This document shows positions 51,651 through 64,000 of a stretch of 64,000 nucleotides of DNA, one piece after another (position 1 is the stretch's first letter; every line of letters starts with the position of its first letter). The DNA comes from Ylistrum balloti. Lineage: Eukaryota. A program made the translations under genes and the position numbers. The notes beneath the pieces are model-generated. The model did no database searches, had not been told where the DNA came from, and saw nothing but the letters and a program-made list of their open reading frames with translations. The stretch covers positions 620,001-684,000 of the forward strand of contig NW_026782001.1 of the NCBI RefSeq assembly GCF_031769215.1, written 5' to 3'.

Positions 51651-54334
51651 TTAAGGACAAAATGTTACCACATAAAAAAGTAGGTAATTTCCATTAGGTA
51701 AGTATAATAACACGATAATGATAAAACTATGTCAGATTTCCTTGTCCACTGTCTACTTAATATTCACGTGTAAACATGGGACTGATAAGAGTATATGTGA
51801 CCGACTTTGGCCGATCAATCACCATCAAGTGGACATTTAGTCTTGCCCATGGTCGGCCAGAGAAGTAATCCTTTTCTGTTAGATGATGTGATACAAAAGG
51901 ATCATATACAAAACAGACCTTCATCAAAGTAACAGTTCAAGAGATATTAATAAGTAGAGTCATAGATGTCTTAAATAATGCAATTTAACGTTTTGTACCA
52001 TAATGCAACACCATAATTTTGGGATGCGGGGTTTCACATAATCACTGTTGCGTTTTCTGCTTTTTCTTGTTTTTATAATTTTCGTAATAATAACAGCATT
52101 ATAAGCGTTTCTCAGCTATGCAGAATAAGAAGGAAACATGTCACGTATAGCTTCCGATTCAAGATGGCGCTATCTTGTTAAACTGCTTTTAGTAAAACTT
52201 ACCCATTGTCAAGATACATGTTAATGTTTTTTTTACAAATTTGATATAAAGTTGTTTTATATTTTCTAACAAGTGCGAAGTCATCGATTGTACATAATAT
52301 TCCTGATATAAACATTATTCATACCCAATATCTTTGATAAAACAATATACAAATTGCAGTTGATGACTGTATTTTTAGAACAGCTTCATACAATTGTTTT
52401 ATAGATTACAGCTTTTACGTGCGAACTATGAATAATCTAATTGATGATACATGAGCATTTCATGATTCTTTGAACTAATTACTTATATGTTCACTATTTA
52501 GAATAAAACCTGTAATGTTGATTTATATAGAACAATGTCCAGTCATTATTCTGATTATCAATTGTTTAGCACTATGTCACATGTGTCAATGAAAGGGAGC
52601 CATACAGAGAATTAATTTTGACACAACCATCATTCGCAGACACTACCCTTAAAGTGTATAAGCAGTAGGTAAATTGACGACATCTGTCAGATCAACATTC
52701 ACTGCCTATTATGATCGCAACTACTTTAACATATAATTTATATAAAATCTGAATCAATGAATTAATGGGATGGTAAAAAAAGAAACCAAAAGAATAGACA
52801 GTTACATCAGACTATTAATGGAAAACGTTAATTGATCTTAAAGTACTTAATTATTTTTGTTTTAGAATTGAGACCTCAATCCATATAATATTTTTAGCGG
52901 CCATGAATGCAGACAACCGCCTACACTATTTTTCAGAGAAGACCTTTCATGTCTAATCAGCTTTAGATCTGATAAAGTATTTTTCAAACTTTGTCGCTGT
53001 TATATGAATAAGATAAACATTGACAATTGTTGAAATAGATTATTTATGAGTGCTGCTTATTGTGATTAAAAGACAATTTATAACCTGAATGGTATAAAGT
53101 TGAGAATATGTTTGTAAGCTTACCATATAATTAAGCGAAGATTTTTAATGTAGTCATAAAAATATCTATGCAGATTTGAATTTTTAGCTTGTTTGTTTCT
53201 ATCCTCATATTATTATAAGATGGCCACTTGCTGACCTAACATGTTCCTTGGTACCCGATCGTTATACACTGCCATCCATTCCAGTTCCTATATTTGCATG
53301 ATTCTTATTGCCATGGCACTCCACCACGGTGTCGGAGGAACCTAGTTTCTGTCTACATTACTGTCCTAGGAATCTAACAGTTATCTCTTCAATTTCATGT
53401 GTTATATATTAAATATCATTTGGATCAGATATATTGAAGTGTTCTAAAACATCAAAGTAATCCATGTAATATTTCCAAAATTGCCAACGAAACACTCTTT
53501 CGAAACTACAACCCTCTGAATGCTAATCAAAACATTACATGATGAAAAATCATATTATAAGTACACATATCGGAAATTTCTTTGTGAAAGTCCACAGCCT
53601 TCTATTTCAATTTCTCAGTCTCAACACAAACTTATCGATATGTCAATCATTTCCAATAAATGGTTTCTGGTGAGATAATGAGTTATAGAGTTTAATTGCT
53701 TCAATGTGTTGTTTACATGTCCTGAAGCAAGTGTTTCCTGAGAGCTTTATAATAAGTGGATGTGAATGGTTATACAATTATATCTGTATATGCATTTTAC
53801 AAAAACAGGAGAAAAAAAGAATGCGCGAACTGTTCAATAGAAAGGACAAATAGTGTGCTATCACGAATGACAGAATAATGAGACAGCCAACTGTAGCTAA
53901 GTTTTCAATTGATAAAGTCGTATCAATCAATCTTGATAAATAGTCACAAGTCATTTGGACATAAATGTGGAAGCACTGACGATACTAGTATACATGTACT
54001 TCAGAATAGGGTCACGTTATATGTTTTTGTTCTAATACGTACATCAGGTAACCGCGAAAGCATACTAGCTTGTGTACCATGAATAAGAAAAAAATGAACA
54101 GACGGACGTATCGTGTAGGAAAGAAAAACTTAACCTCTCGTGTCATACTGAAACACATAAAAGTCCTGCACGAAAAAAATTTAAAGTCACAGTAAAATTC
54201 AAATAGATATTCAAACTTGTACTGTTTAGGTTTTTTTTATCCTGTTTCTCGCTTATTTCAAACACGGAATGAAATTAATAGTTTTAAAACACAATGAATA
54301 TGAGATAACCTTGATTCGTTTCATATTTTCAGTT

Positions 54335-54900
54335 TCAGTGTATCTAGTCCGAAGGACCGATAAGCTTTTGCCATACTTGAGTGTACGTCTTCCGTCCGTC
54401 AACTCTTCTTTTTCCATCGCTATATGCCAGGAGAGTTCAGCTTCTTAGGACGGGAGTGGCAGGGTCCAAAAAGGGGATATAGAGCAAATTATGCCAATTC
54501 CTACTTCTGTTGGAATGCCAGGATTATGCTCAGATTTGGTCAATAGCATCAATGGGAGAATGGAAAACCAAGTTTTATAAACGTTGGATCTCGGCTCCCA
54601 AAGGCGGAAGGAGCAGGGCAAAATAAGGACAATAGAAGCCAGCAAATCCTTCTTCTGTAGGTATGTCAGGGATATATTCTAATATGATCTGAAGAATCCT
54701 TGGCTGAAGTGGACTTCATTTTGTATAAAGGTGGGAGGGGGAAGGGAGTTCTAATCTGCCTGAGGGTTGTGAGTCGTGGCCCACAAAATTTGAATTTTGT
54801 CTCCTAAATTCATATTCTTCTGTTAGAATGAATGTATCTTGAAGTCTTCCTACAAATATCCTATTGGTGGAGGGGAGTCAAGGCACTAATGTGGAAAATG
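54335..54900 (+). mobile_element. Non-autonomous Helentron/HINE-type repeat
   Basis: Begins with a GTCC-GAA-GGAC hairpin, aagctttt and a cgtcttccgtccgtc micro-repeat, the usual 5' layout of these elements. GC-richer internal units follow (gggtccaaaaagggg, aaatccttcttct). Confidence 0.5.
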
Positions 54901-56849
54901 AAGGAAAACATTTCAATTTTTTTTTCTTCTTGAATATATTTGTTTGTTGAAACAGAGCAAGAAGCTTTAAAATTAATCATGTGTGGAGGTGAATGTAACC
55001 ATATGATTGTGAATAAGGTGTTTCGAGTGAAAGCTGAAATAAACAAGTGAACACTGCTCATAGTCCTCTTATACAAAATTTTGATGAAACTATAAAAATA
55101 TCTTCCATCCGATAAACAAGCATTAACGGTAATAATTTCATACTTTCTATATATATTGTAACTTATCTTATTCCTCATCAGCAAAAAGGACATATAATCA
55201 TTTTTCGGCAGTGTGATGATAAATATCTGCTAATTTAAAGGGAAAAGATCTTCGAAATAATGTTCCATAATTGTTAATTTGATACCTAAGTCGTGATGTC
55301 GTCTTGAATTATCAGGCTACATTATATGGAGAGGATATCCGCTGTTGAACATTAATCCTAGAACTAGGAAACAATTTTCTTCAATAAGGTATGGATATGA
55401 TACTCGATGTGAAATTACCACACTTTTAGCCTTTAAAGTGTTTTTTTCATTCGTCTAACAGATAACGAGGCATTTTTATAGACCAGTATTTTATCATTTC
55501 AATACAGTATAAACATTTTATGACATCATCGGGAAATGACTTTTTATTGAAATAAGGTTATGGAGATATTTTTTCATCATTAACGCATGATAAATTCTGA
55601 ACTAAGATCTGATAAGAAAGACAGGAATGGTGAAGAGAAACAAGTACCTATTGCCTATGATAACCTGATGCCCAATGTTACCACCAGGACCGAGGAGGAA
55701 ATGTAAAATCTTTTAAATTTTATGTGGGAATATCCATGTTAAAATGAACATAACAAATCTCCATGAATCGTGACAATGTTCGGTTCCATACGTTTTATGA
55801 TGATGGTTTGAGCCATGTAAGGATATATTTTTGAATACTATTGTTCAGGGCAAAGGTCGTTACATTTAGTGATTTTGGACACAAAAGCGGGGCTTCATCT
55901 TAATATAAGGATCTTAAAGACAAACAATGATATACTAAGCACAACGCCGATCCCATCAGTTGTAAACAGGCCTCATTATTTACACCACTGACGGACAATT
56001 CTGTGTTGGTCACGGTACAAGATGTTGGTTATAGGTTACCTCAAATTTGATCTAATTTACTTGCTGAATGAAATCTTTTTGCTTTGAAAACCTGGTCTTA
56101 CACTGTAGATATGCTACTACAAAGTATGGCTTAACTGTCGGGTTGCTATTGAACATTTTTGCGGAATCCAGAAAATATACTTACAACCATTAAAAGTTCT
56201 AACTATATAATGTCATATGATACATTGCATGGCGTGTCGTCAAAGTTAAATGAAAAAATAAATGTTAAAAAAATACTAAGATATCAACACAGCTTTATTT
56301 CAAACATGAAATCTATGCAAGGAGGACTAGACAAAAACAACTGAAAGACTTACAAGGAGCTTAAAGCCACGTGTTTCCTTCTGAACGTTAAAGCGTCTTC
56401 ATATTTTGAAACTTAAGTTAACTATAGTTAAAGGTGGTTCATTGACTTATTTTCACAGCGAACAAATACACACATGCTGTCCTTACTTCTTATACTTGTT
56501 CACTGGTAGTGTATTTCCTAGACATACCTATAGTGTCGTCGTTGGTTCCACTTATATAATATCATTATACATGTACATCACATTCGTACTTTTTGGAATC
56601 TGGATATACAAATGACCTCGATAGCCAAAATACAAACATCGACAAAAAAAAGTTAGATAAATATCATATTCACACTATTTTAAAGTGCCAAGTGAAGGAT
56701 TGAGCAATTCATCCAGTTTTCATGCAAATTTGTAGGACCAAAATGTCGACAACTGACAGATAAACATATAAACAGATCAAATGCAGGGTTTCGTCGAGAG
56801 ATGAACATTACTGGGGGGAAAAACAGGAAGAAAACACATAAAAAAAATT

Positions 56850-57150
56850 GTAGTCCAAAATTTGATTCAATAACACTTGAACAAAATATGAACAAAGGAA
56901 AAATGTACACAAACATTCCTGAAAAAGTACAAGGAACAAGACCAGGTATTCCGGAAGAGTAAGCGTCCCTGCTATATCGGAGACACCAGAAAGTAAATCT
57001 TGGTCAATCCAGGTAACTTATGTCGTGTTCTTAAATGAGAACACGGTAAACAACTATGGAACCAACAGGCAAACTAACGAGCAGCAAACACCTGCAGTTT
57101 ACTTTAGCACATCAAAATAAAATATTTCTCATTGAGATTACTGTTGTACA
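56850..57150 (-). mobile_element. 3' tail fragment of the Penelope-like family
   Basis: gaccaggtattccggaagagtaagcgtccctgct...cttggtcaatcc...aatgagaacacggtaaacaac...caacaggcaaactaacgagca aligns with the 36.9 and 51.4 kb copies. Confidence 0.65.
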
Positions 57151-59519
57151 GACATATTTAGTTGATAAAGAATTGTATTATTTAATCCCTGACTTCCATT
57201 AACGGATTTTTTAAAATTTTGACTAGCAACTGGACAAATCCATCATCAAGCGCGTTACGGCCTGTTCTTATTTATTTCTTATGTTATTGACCTGTTGTTC
57301 CTACGCCATTGGAGGTTATAAGGTGGTCACCAACAATATCTTTATGTCAGTAGTTGGAAAATATCTAGTAGATAAACACATGTATCGTATATATTTGTAT
57401 ACATATGGAACGGTTAAACGACTAAATGAGTTATTCTCATTTCAACACGAGGGGGCGAATTCTGCGCTAGGCAAAATAAATCATTTATATGCCTTCCACT
57501 ATCTGCTTTATATCAGCGTTGTATAATTGGGGCTTGGGTTTTTGACACGTGTTTGTTTTAATATCCTCGACACCTTGTTGGTTTCCTAGAGTATTATACA
57601 CACATATTAGAATGACCAGACAACGCCCAAATGTAGATAGGATTATGCGGTTTCTAATTACGGTAGACGAACACATAATCGAATTCATCATGGAAACAGT
57701 TTGATATCAGGATTCTGACCTTAAAACCTTCATAATTAGTATCATAATTTAAACATCTAAAAAAAAAACCCCGACATGTCAACATAGTCTTAATTTAAAC
57801 TAGATTTCAATGAAACCAGGTTAAAACAACAAATCTATACATTATCGATCAAGTTAGTAATGTTTCGTTCCCAAATCGGAACAAGTAACTGCATTATTGT
57901 TTCTTTAAACACATCTAATATTTCGCGAATGTCTGAGGTACTGATAGTTTACGGTATTAAATTTCACGCAAGTCAATACATTAATGTACAATGTAGGGAT
58001 AATAGATACATTTTCTACGATTTCTGTGAACCACGAATATATTTGACTGATGCTTAATTTAGTTTCGCTTTATAGTAAATGACTGCGAATACAACGAAAT
58101 TGAAGTCCATGCCAATATTACCACTTATATAGTAAACAAATAACGGAACTAACGGATGACAGGAAAAAGGAATATTTAATAATATTTAATAATTGATATT
58201 TAAACCTGCACAAGATATCAACAGGAAGTGAAGAATCATTAACCAAAGGATAGGAACAATAATCTATCGTTTTAAGCTACTAGGTGATTGTAGAAATCCT
58301 AGACATAAAACTATGGATTTCATAGATGATTTCTGATCACAATACTCACAGTTGAAGATGTGTCCTATCTTATTGAATACATATATATATACTTCTGTTC
58401 CCAACATTTGCAATAATCCGAATATCGAAATCTATCTAAATTTCTAAAGGGTATTTCTAAGATATTTCTAATCGTTTGATGTTTTTCTTTGGAATATAGG
58501 ATACTCAAATTATCACTTGTTTTGTCTGTTAACATAAGTACGTCGTTTCTACTCAAATCATCATAATTAATTGCATCTTAAGCCTAATCTTCTCGAGGTG
58601 TAATTCTTTCCCTCAGATGTTGTCTTTGTTTTTAGGATTTATATCAAGTTATATTAAAATTTGCATCGTGAAAAGAAACACATTGTATCTTTGTGTATTG
58701 GGACATTAATTTGATACAAATCACAAAATGCAAATTAAATTCTGTAATAATCAGGTCTGACCTAATAGTACATACGTATATAAATAACGTCTGTATCTCC
58801 ATTTAGATTGTTTTACAAGACAAAGGAAGAGAAGCAATTGTCAAAACTGGTTCGTAAAATTAAAGAGCTAACACCTAATAACCTCTATGAAAAAGGACTT
58901 GAGTCTGGAAAGATGAAAATATCGGACGTCATCTTATCTGACACGTGGTGAATATAACACATATTATGCATTACCACGTGTATTGGAGGTGGGTGTGAAG
59001 TACAGAGTGCAAAACAACATTGTGTCAAATACATATATATCTATTATGTAATTCTTCGGTCTGGCGTTGTCAAGTAGACACCAGAGAGGTAAATTATGAA
59101 TGCTACGTATGAAAGCATTTGTTCAGAATACAAAAGTATCCAAATTTCATCACATCTATTGAAATACTGAGATTGCACCAATTTCTAGCTTATGTTGACC
59201 AATATTTACATGGCTAAAGTGTTGTCGATGAAGTAGAACACGATAACCCTGATGTTATTTACCTAGTTCTTGTTTAGGAGTCTCTGTGTAAATATTTCTT
59301 TTACCTTATTACGAGAAATTGTTAAGCACGACAAGGAGCAAATCATGTTTAAAACCGTCTATTAACCAAAATCCAAATTTTAAGAAACTTAAGAATTCTG
59401 TTGTAAAATATTTTCTAAAAGTATGTAGTGTGTTTAAACTTGGATACTGTATATTTAGCTTCTAAGAATTTTCAAAAAATTGCAACCATTACTAAAGCCA
59501 ACAGGTACAAAGGTAATTG

Positions 59520-60110
59520 GAAATTTGAAAAGACAGTATCTTCTACATCAGCCGCTTTTCTCGACCTTTTCTCTACAGCGTATTATACCGTGGTTGTATT
59601 ATAAACGTGATGAAATTAATTTCCCTATTGTGAATTTTCTATTTCTACATAACAATATCCGGCATCCAGAACCTATGGTAAATATATGTCACAGTTGATT
59701 CGATGTTCAAGGAGCTGTCCCATTATTACGTTTTTCGTGCAGGAAGTTGTCAATCGAGGACAAAAGTTTCACAGGGTTTCCAAAAATGCAGGTTGATGCA
59801 AAGTATGAGGAGGTGTTACGGTCGTCATAGTGATCTCATTCTAAAAATTTCATTTCTTTGTGCAATGTGAAGCTGGACGTGTTTAGTTTATGCTGTTGTT
59901 TACGTTGTTTTCATTTGACAACGTGAAATACATGGTTTGACGAGGCGGATGAAGCATAAGAGGCATGCTCTCCCTGAACACCTGGTCTTATCTCCATGAC
60001 TTTTTCAAAAGTATCCGTGTAAATGTTTCTTTTGGCCATATAATGTCCTAGTTTTATTGAATTTGAGTTTGGAGTATGTTGACATATTGGTATTTTCTTG
60101 CTTTTATGTA
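59520..60110 (+). mobile_element. Penelope-like retroelement remnant: RT C-terminus + partial 3' tail
   Basis: Translates STSAAFLDL...LYYKRDEINFPIVNFLFLHNNI / YGKYMSQLIRCSRSC / QGFQKCRLMQSMRRCYGRHSDLI. This explains track ORF 59480-59698. The tail motif gaagcataagaggcatgctctccctgaacacctggtc lies at about 59955-59990. Confidence 0.75.
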
Positions 60111-60446
60111 ATATATATATATATGTCTATGTAATTTGCAACAAAATGTTCACCTTGTGGTGACCATTTCAAGTTTTCTGTGTGTAGAGTATACGCATAT
60201 ACATTTGAAATGGGCAACGCATTACACGTGCATTATAAAACTAACACACCAGATCGATATAATGCCAAGCTATAGCATGATGTTACACTAAAGTAGAAGT
60301 TCTTATAACCACCCACAACATACAACCAAAGTGTTAACAATGCGTAGTCAAATAGACTTCAGTACATTGTTACCATGTAGATGATGTTTTGGTATATATT
60401 CTGTTTACAATTATCACACTGGTGTGATTAGGATTATTTACCATCT

Positions 60447-60845
60447 CGTACACTACGCACGTCAGAGTTAGTATGTTCCGAACGTACACTACGTACATCA
60501 GGACTAGTATGCTCCGAACGTACACTACGTACGTCAGGACTAGTATGCTCCGAACGTACACTACGTACGTCAGGACTAGTATGCTCCGAACGTACACTAC
60601 GTACGTATGCTCCGAACGTACACTACGTAACTACGTATGTCAGTGCTAGTATGTTCCGAACGTACACTACGTACGTCAGGGCTAGTATGCTCCGAACGTA
60701 CACTACGTACGTCAGGGCTAGTATGCTCCGAACGTACACTACGTACGTCAGGGCTAGTATGGTCCGAACGTACACTACGTACGTCAGGGCTGGTGTGCTC
60801 CGAACGTACAATACGTAACTACGTATGTCAGGGCTAGTATGCTCC
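60447..60845 (+). repeat. 36-bp CpG-rich minisatellite (about 11 copies)
   Basis: Unit gtacactacgtacgtcagggctagtatgctccgaac, with irregular units near 60595-60640 and 60810-60830. It generates three track ORFs. Confidence 0.95.
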
Positions 60846-63402
60846 AAACTGGTCTTTTGCTAGATGAAGATGACCATGTAGTCATCGAAACGTCACACTC
60901 TAATCTGATACATGTTTTGTTTTAAGACCTTCTATTTGAATGCCATTACCAACATGAATAAAAAATTCAGAAATATGATGTTACATTCTCTCTGTAACAC
61001 GTCCAATTCCAATAAACGTAATAATATAGTTACGTGAGTTGACATGCGATAATTTCATTTTGTAAAGAATTTCAAATTAATGCGCTATTTAGCAGAAGTT
61101 ATTGAATGCAACTGCTTTAGGCTTTCATCTTATCAAACTCGTGAAATAAATCATTGTCTAATAGTGACCTTCTAAAGGATTTGCAAATCTGCATCTTCCT
61201 TATCTTGTAAACAAATTTATATGCAAATATACGGTTGTAAGCAGGTATACATTACTGAGTACCACGGCGGGAGTAATGTCTTAACTCTTGGTTTATATCT
61301 GATACAAAGTCCAAATTTATGTCAATATACAAATAAATGCATTCAAGGGCCGTGTTTCTTCAACAATTTGAAAATAAGTAATAAGTTAAAATTCAATATG
61401 TTGATAATTAGTGGTCCAAAACCACATCAAAATCAGCAGAAACCCTTCGGAAAAGACATATTTAGTAAGTGCTGCCGAAAGCATTTCGAGTTTTTAGTCA
61501 TAAGCAATCCATTCTTGAACCTTAGTCAGTGAGATTACGAACGGAGACGAAAATACCATCTTCACACTTACTCTACCATCCGTTAAAGGAAACGGTTGGT
61601 AAACATATCTCTATTACTTAAAGATTTGTTCCTTCAAATGGGAACTTATCTGTTATGTATAGCGTATAGCCGTTAGCAGGAAGAAGGTGAGGCAGTAAAC
61701 AGTAGTCTGTAGACAGTAAGCAATGAACTGTTAAATATAGCAAGAAGTAGGCAGGACGCTTTCGAATATGGAATTACATAGTATAAGTCTTACTAGTGTG
61801 TCTTTGGTACAGTATGTTTATAACTTCAATAACATCAATATTGATTATGCACCGTGAATATTATCAGATCAGACCAAACAACGATAAAAGTTGAAACATA
61901 AAATTGGAATACTACCTCCTCTGAAATAAAATTTTACTAGAGGATGTGTTTTAAGATCCGTGTAAGACCGACCGGCACTGTGAAACGGTGAGTAGTTGAG
62001 ATAAACCAGAAAACTGAATGTTAATTGAAGATATATACTTTTTAAAAGTGAAACTATGTTCATGCGTTGATTACTTTGCTAACCAGGTACAAACGTTGTC
62101 TCAAGTGATTATGGTGCATGCTTGTTTGTCCTTCTGCTTCAGGCTGTATTTTAAATTCATCAACTGCCAGTAATATCGGCAATGTGAATTCTTTGTTTGA
62201 ATATTCATGAAGTTGAAAACATGCATTAGACTAGATCGACGAGAACGTATTGTTTTATGTATTTTTATAATCGATTATAACCAGGTTATTACCACAGAAT
62301 GGAATAATCAAAGGTCTAGAACAGTGTGACTTGTTACATGTATATATGGCGAGCAATCACACGGTGAAGATGACCTCAAGCCTTTAAACTATAAAACGAC
62401 CAGGATAAAACTATTATGACATTATTGATAAAAATAGAAAGCGTAGCATCTACTGCGAAAGACCTGCTTAAAGTCTATCACACGTGTAAATTTAATTGTT
62501 TACACAGACAATTTTAAATCTATTTAAAATCCCATGGATATTTTCGTAAATTTAGGTATAATGAAAACTCAATTTAACCACCAGTGACCGGATTATTTCA
62601 TTCTCTTGATCATAACTCTACTTGAGTTGCAGATTGAATATACCGACCAGACGTCTAGACCAAGATAATTCAGCCTTGCTCAAGTTAATATCTTTATCAA
62701 TTATCCAATGAATGAATTACAAAGAAGATGCATTAATATTAACAGTTTATTTGCGATAGATTCAAGTAAAATTTGTAAGAGATCATTAATGAATAGAACC
62801 GTTAATATTTTACATATGCGAAACAAAAGGGACTATATTTAGATAACGGAATAGATGTTTTGTTTTAGAGAGCGCAGTATATGGTTTGAAAGTATATGGT
62901 TAAATATCCTAAAGCTATAATCATTTAACAAAGTGGTCACCTATATATGGGAGGCGAGGTGTATGTGTTTGTGGGAAGCTGTAGTATTTTCCCTCTGAAA
63001 TGAAACCAAGAGTAGTCATTCTACACGAGCTGTATGTATGACTTCAGTGTGTCTGTTGTATAACAGTCCGCTCGAATTTATGTTGAGGTGTTGAAAATTA
63101 GAAATAATTGAATACCTGATAGTCATTTGATGACACAAAATAAAAAAACGCGCCCTATGAAGTGAAAATAGGCCTGTTAATCAGATACCGGAAGTGATAA
63201 TCTAAATTAGTTTCGGAATTCAATCATATTGGTCATTGTTATGTTAGACAGCCAAATGGTTTGACCAACAAATATAGAATATTCATCTGTCAATTAATGA
63301 GTCAGAGATTGTGAATACCTGGAAAAGTTAATAACACCTTAACTACAAATTTAGAAGTGGACACAATATAGCCAAACAATGAATTATACGGTTTCATAGA
63401 AA

Positions 63403-63449
63403 TACAGCTGTTTCGTCCTACTATGACTCTTCAGTGGTGCTAAGGGCCT
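63403..63449 (-). ncRNA. Minimal type-I hammerhead ribozyme motif (best-preserved core; stem I 3' strand disrupted)
   Basis: The minus strand reads cccttagcacca CTGAAGA GTC atagtag GAC GAAA CAGCTG TA. It has a full CUGANGA/GAAA core, a 3-bp stem II, a palindromic CAGCUG stem III and a GUA cleavage triplet. Confidence 0.65.
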
Positions 63450-64000
63450 AAATAGTGAAGCTTAGGTGGTGACTGAGGAAAATGCAAATTGATCGAAAAA
63501 AGGCCAAAAGGAGCAAAAGATTAATCGAAAAAAAATCCTATGTCGAATCAATTCGGCAATAGGACAATTAGATTTGATCGTCAACATGTTTGGATTGGAT
63601 CAAGTTAGTATGGTTGTAAACGTCATCTGATAAAATGGAATATCGTCCGGTTTCATACACGCCAATAGCACTTTGCTGGTAACAAAATTTTAGGCCCACA
63701 TTTTATGTTTTGTTATTAAGCATTGCTGTTTCATTGAAAGCGTAATACTTGGGAAGTTATTATGTTTACCAGATCGGTATCTACAGCTATGTGTTACATC
63801 CATATATGGAATAGAATATTATATTGTCAAAGTTGAAACAACATCAAAATAAACAAAGCGCTAAATAATCAAATCAGCGCATATTTCAAATAATGATTGG
63901 TTGCATTAATCGATAATGGAAATGAAAACTGCCTATAAATTTGTTTGAAATCTGTAATCATCCGTTCGTCAAGAGCATACTTGTGTAGCATATCTTTCAA

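Noticed and set aside
58941-58981. Inverted repeat with paired CACGTG boxes
   Set aside because: The 9-bp arms are partly self-palindromic, so a chance occurrence is likely, and there is no supporting context.
60370-60847. ORFs with YVVYVRSILALT or SERTLRTSGLVC repeats
   Set aside because: They are artefacts of the 36-bp minisatellite.
65-62063. Remaining 60-126 aa track ORFs
   Set aside because: They are short and low-complexity or AT-biased, often with non-ATG starts, and lack domains or consistent splice signals. This is the expected background of non-coding DNA.

Overview
AT-rich eukaryotic genomic DNA, most likely a bivalve mollusc of the oyster type (inferred from the neuropeptide and the repeat families). 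One protein-coding gene is supported: a two-exon myomodulin neuropeptide precursor on the minus strand. Exon 1 CDS 31977-31926 encodes a signal peptide and is missed by the ORF track. It is joined across a 14.2-kb phase-1 GT-AG intron to exon 2 (17739-16784), giving a 335-aa prepropeptide. The precursor carries nine xxMLRL-amide-type peptides and five PxPRx-type peptides. A TATA- and CRE-containing promoter lies at about 32.1-32.3 kb. The rest is intron and intergenic DNA full of decayed repeats: about 10 5'-truncated fragments of a Penelope-like retroelement, at least 7 copies of a short repeat built around a minimal type-I hammerhead ribozyme (all degenerate, one in the myomodulin intron), V-SINE-like and Helitron/HINE-like fragments, four minisatellites (29, 36, 38, 45 bp) and a 184-N assembly gap. 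All assignments were made by eye without alignment tools, so repeat boundaries are approximate.
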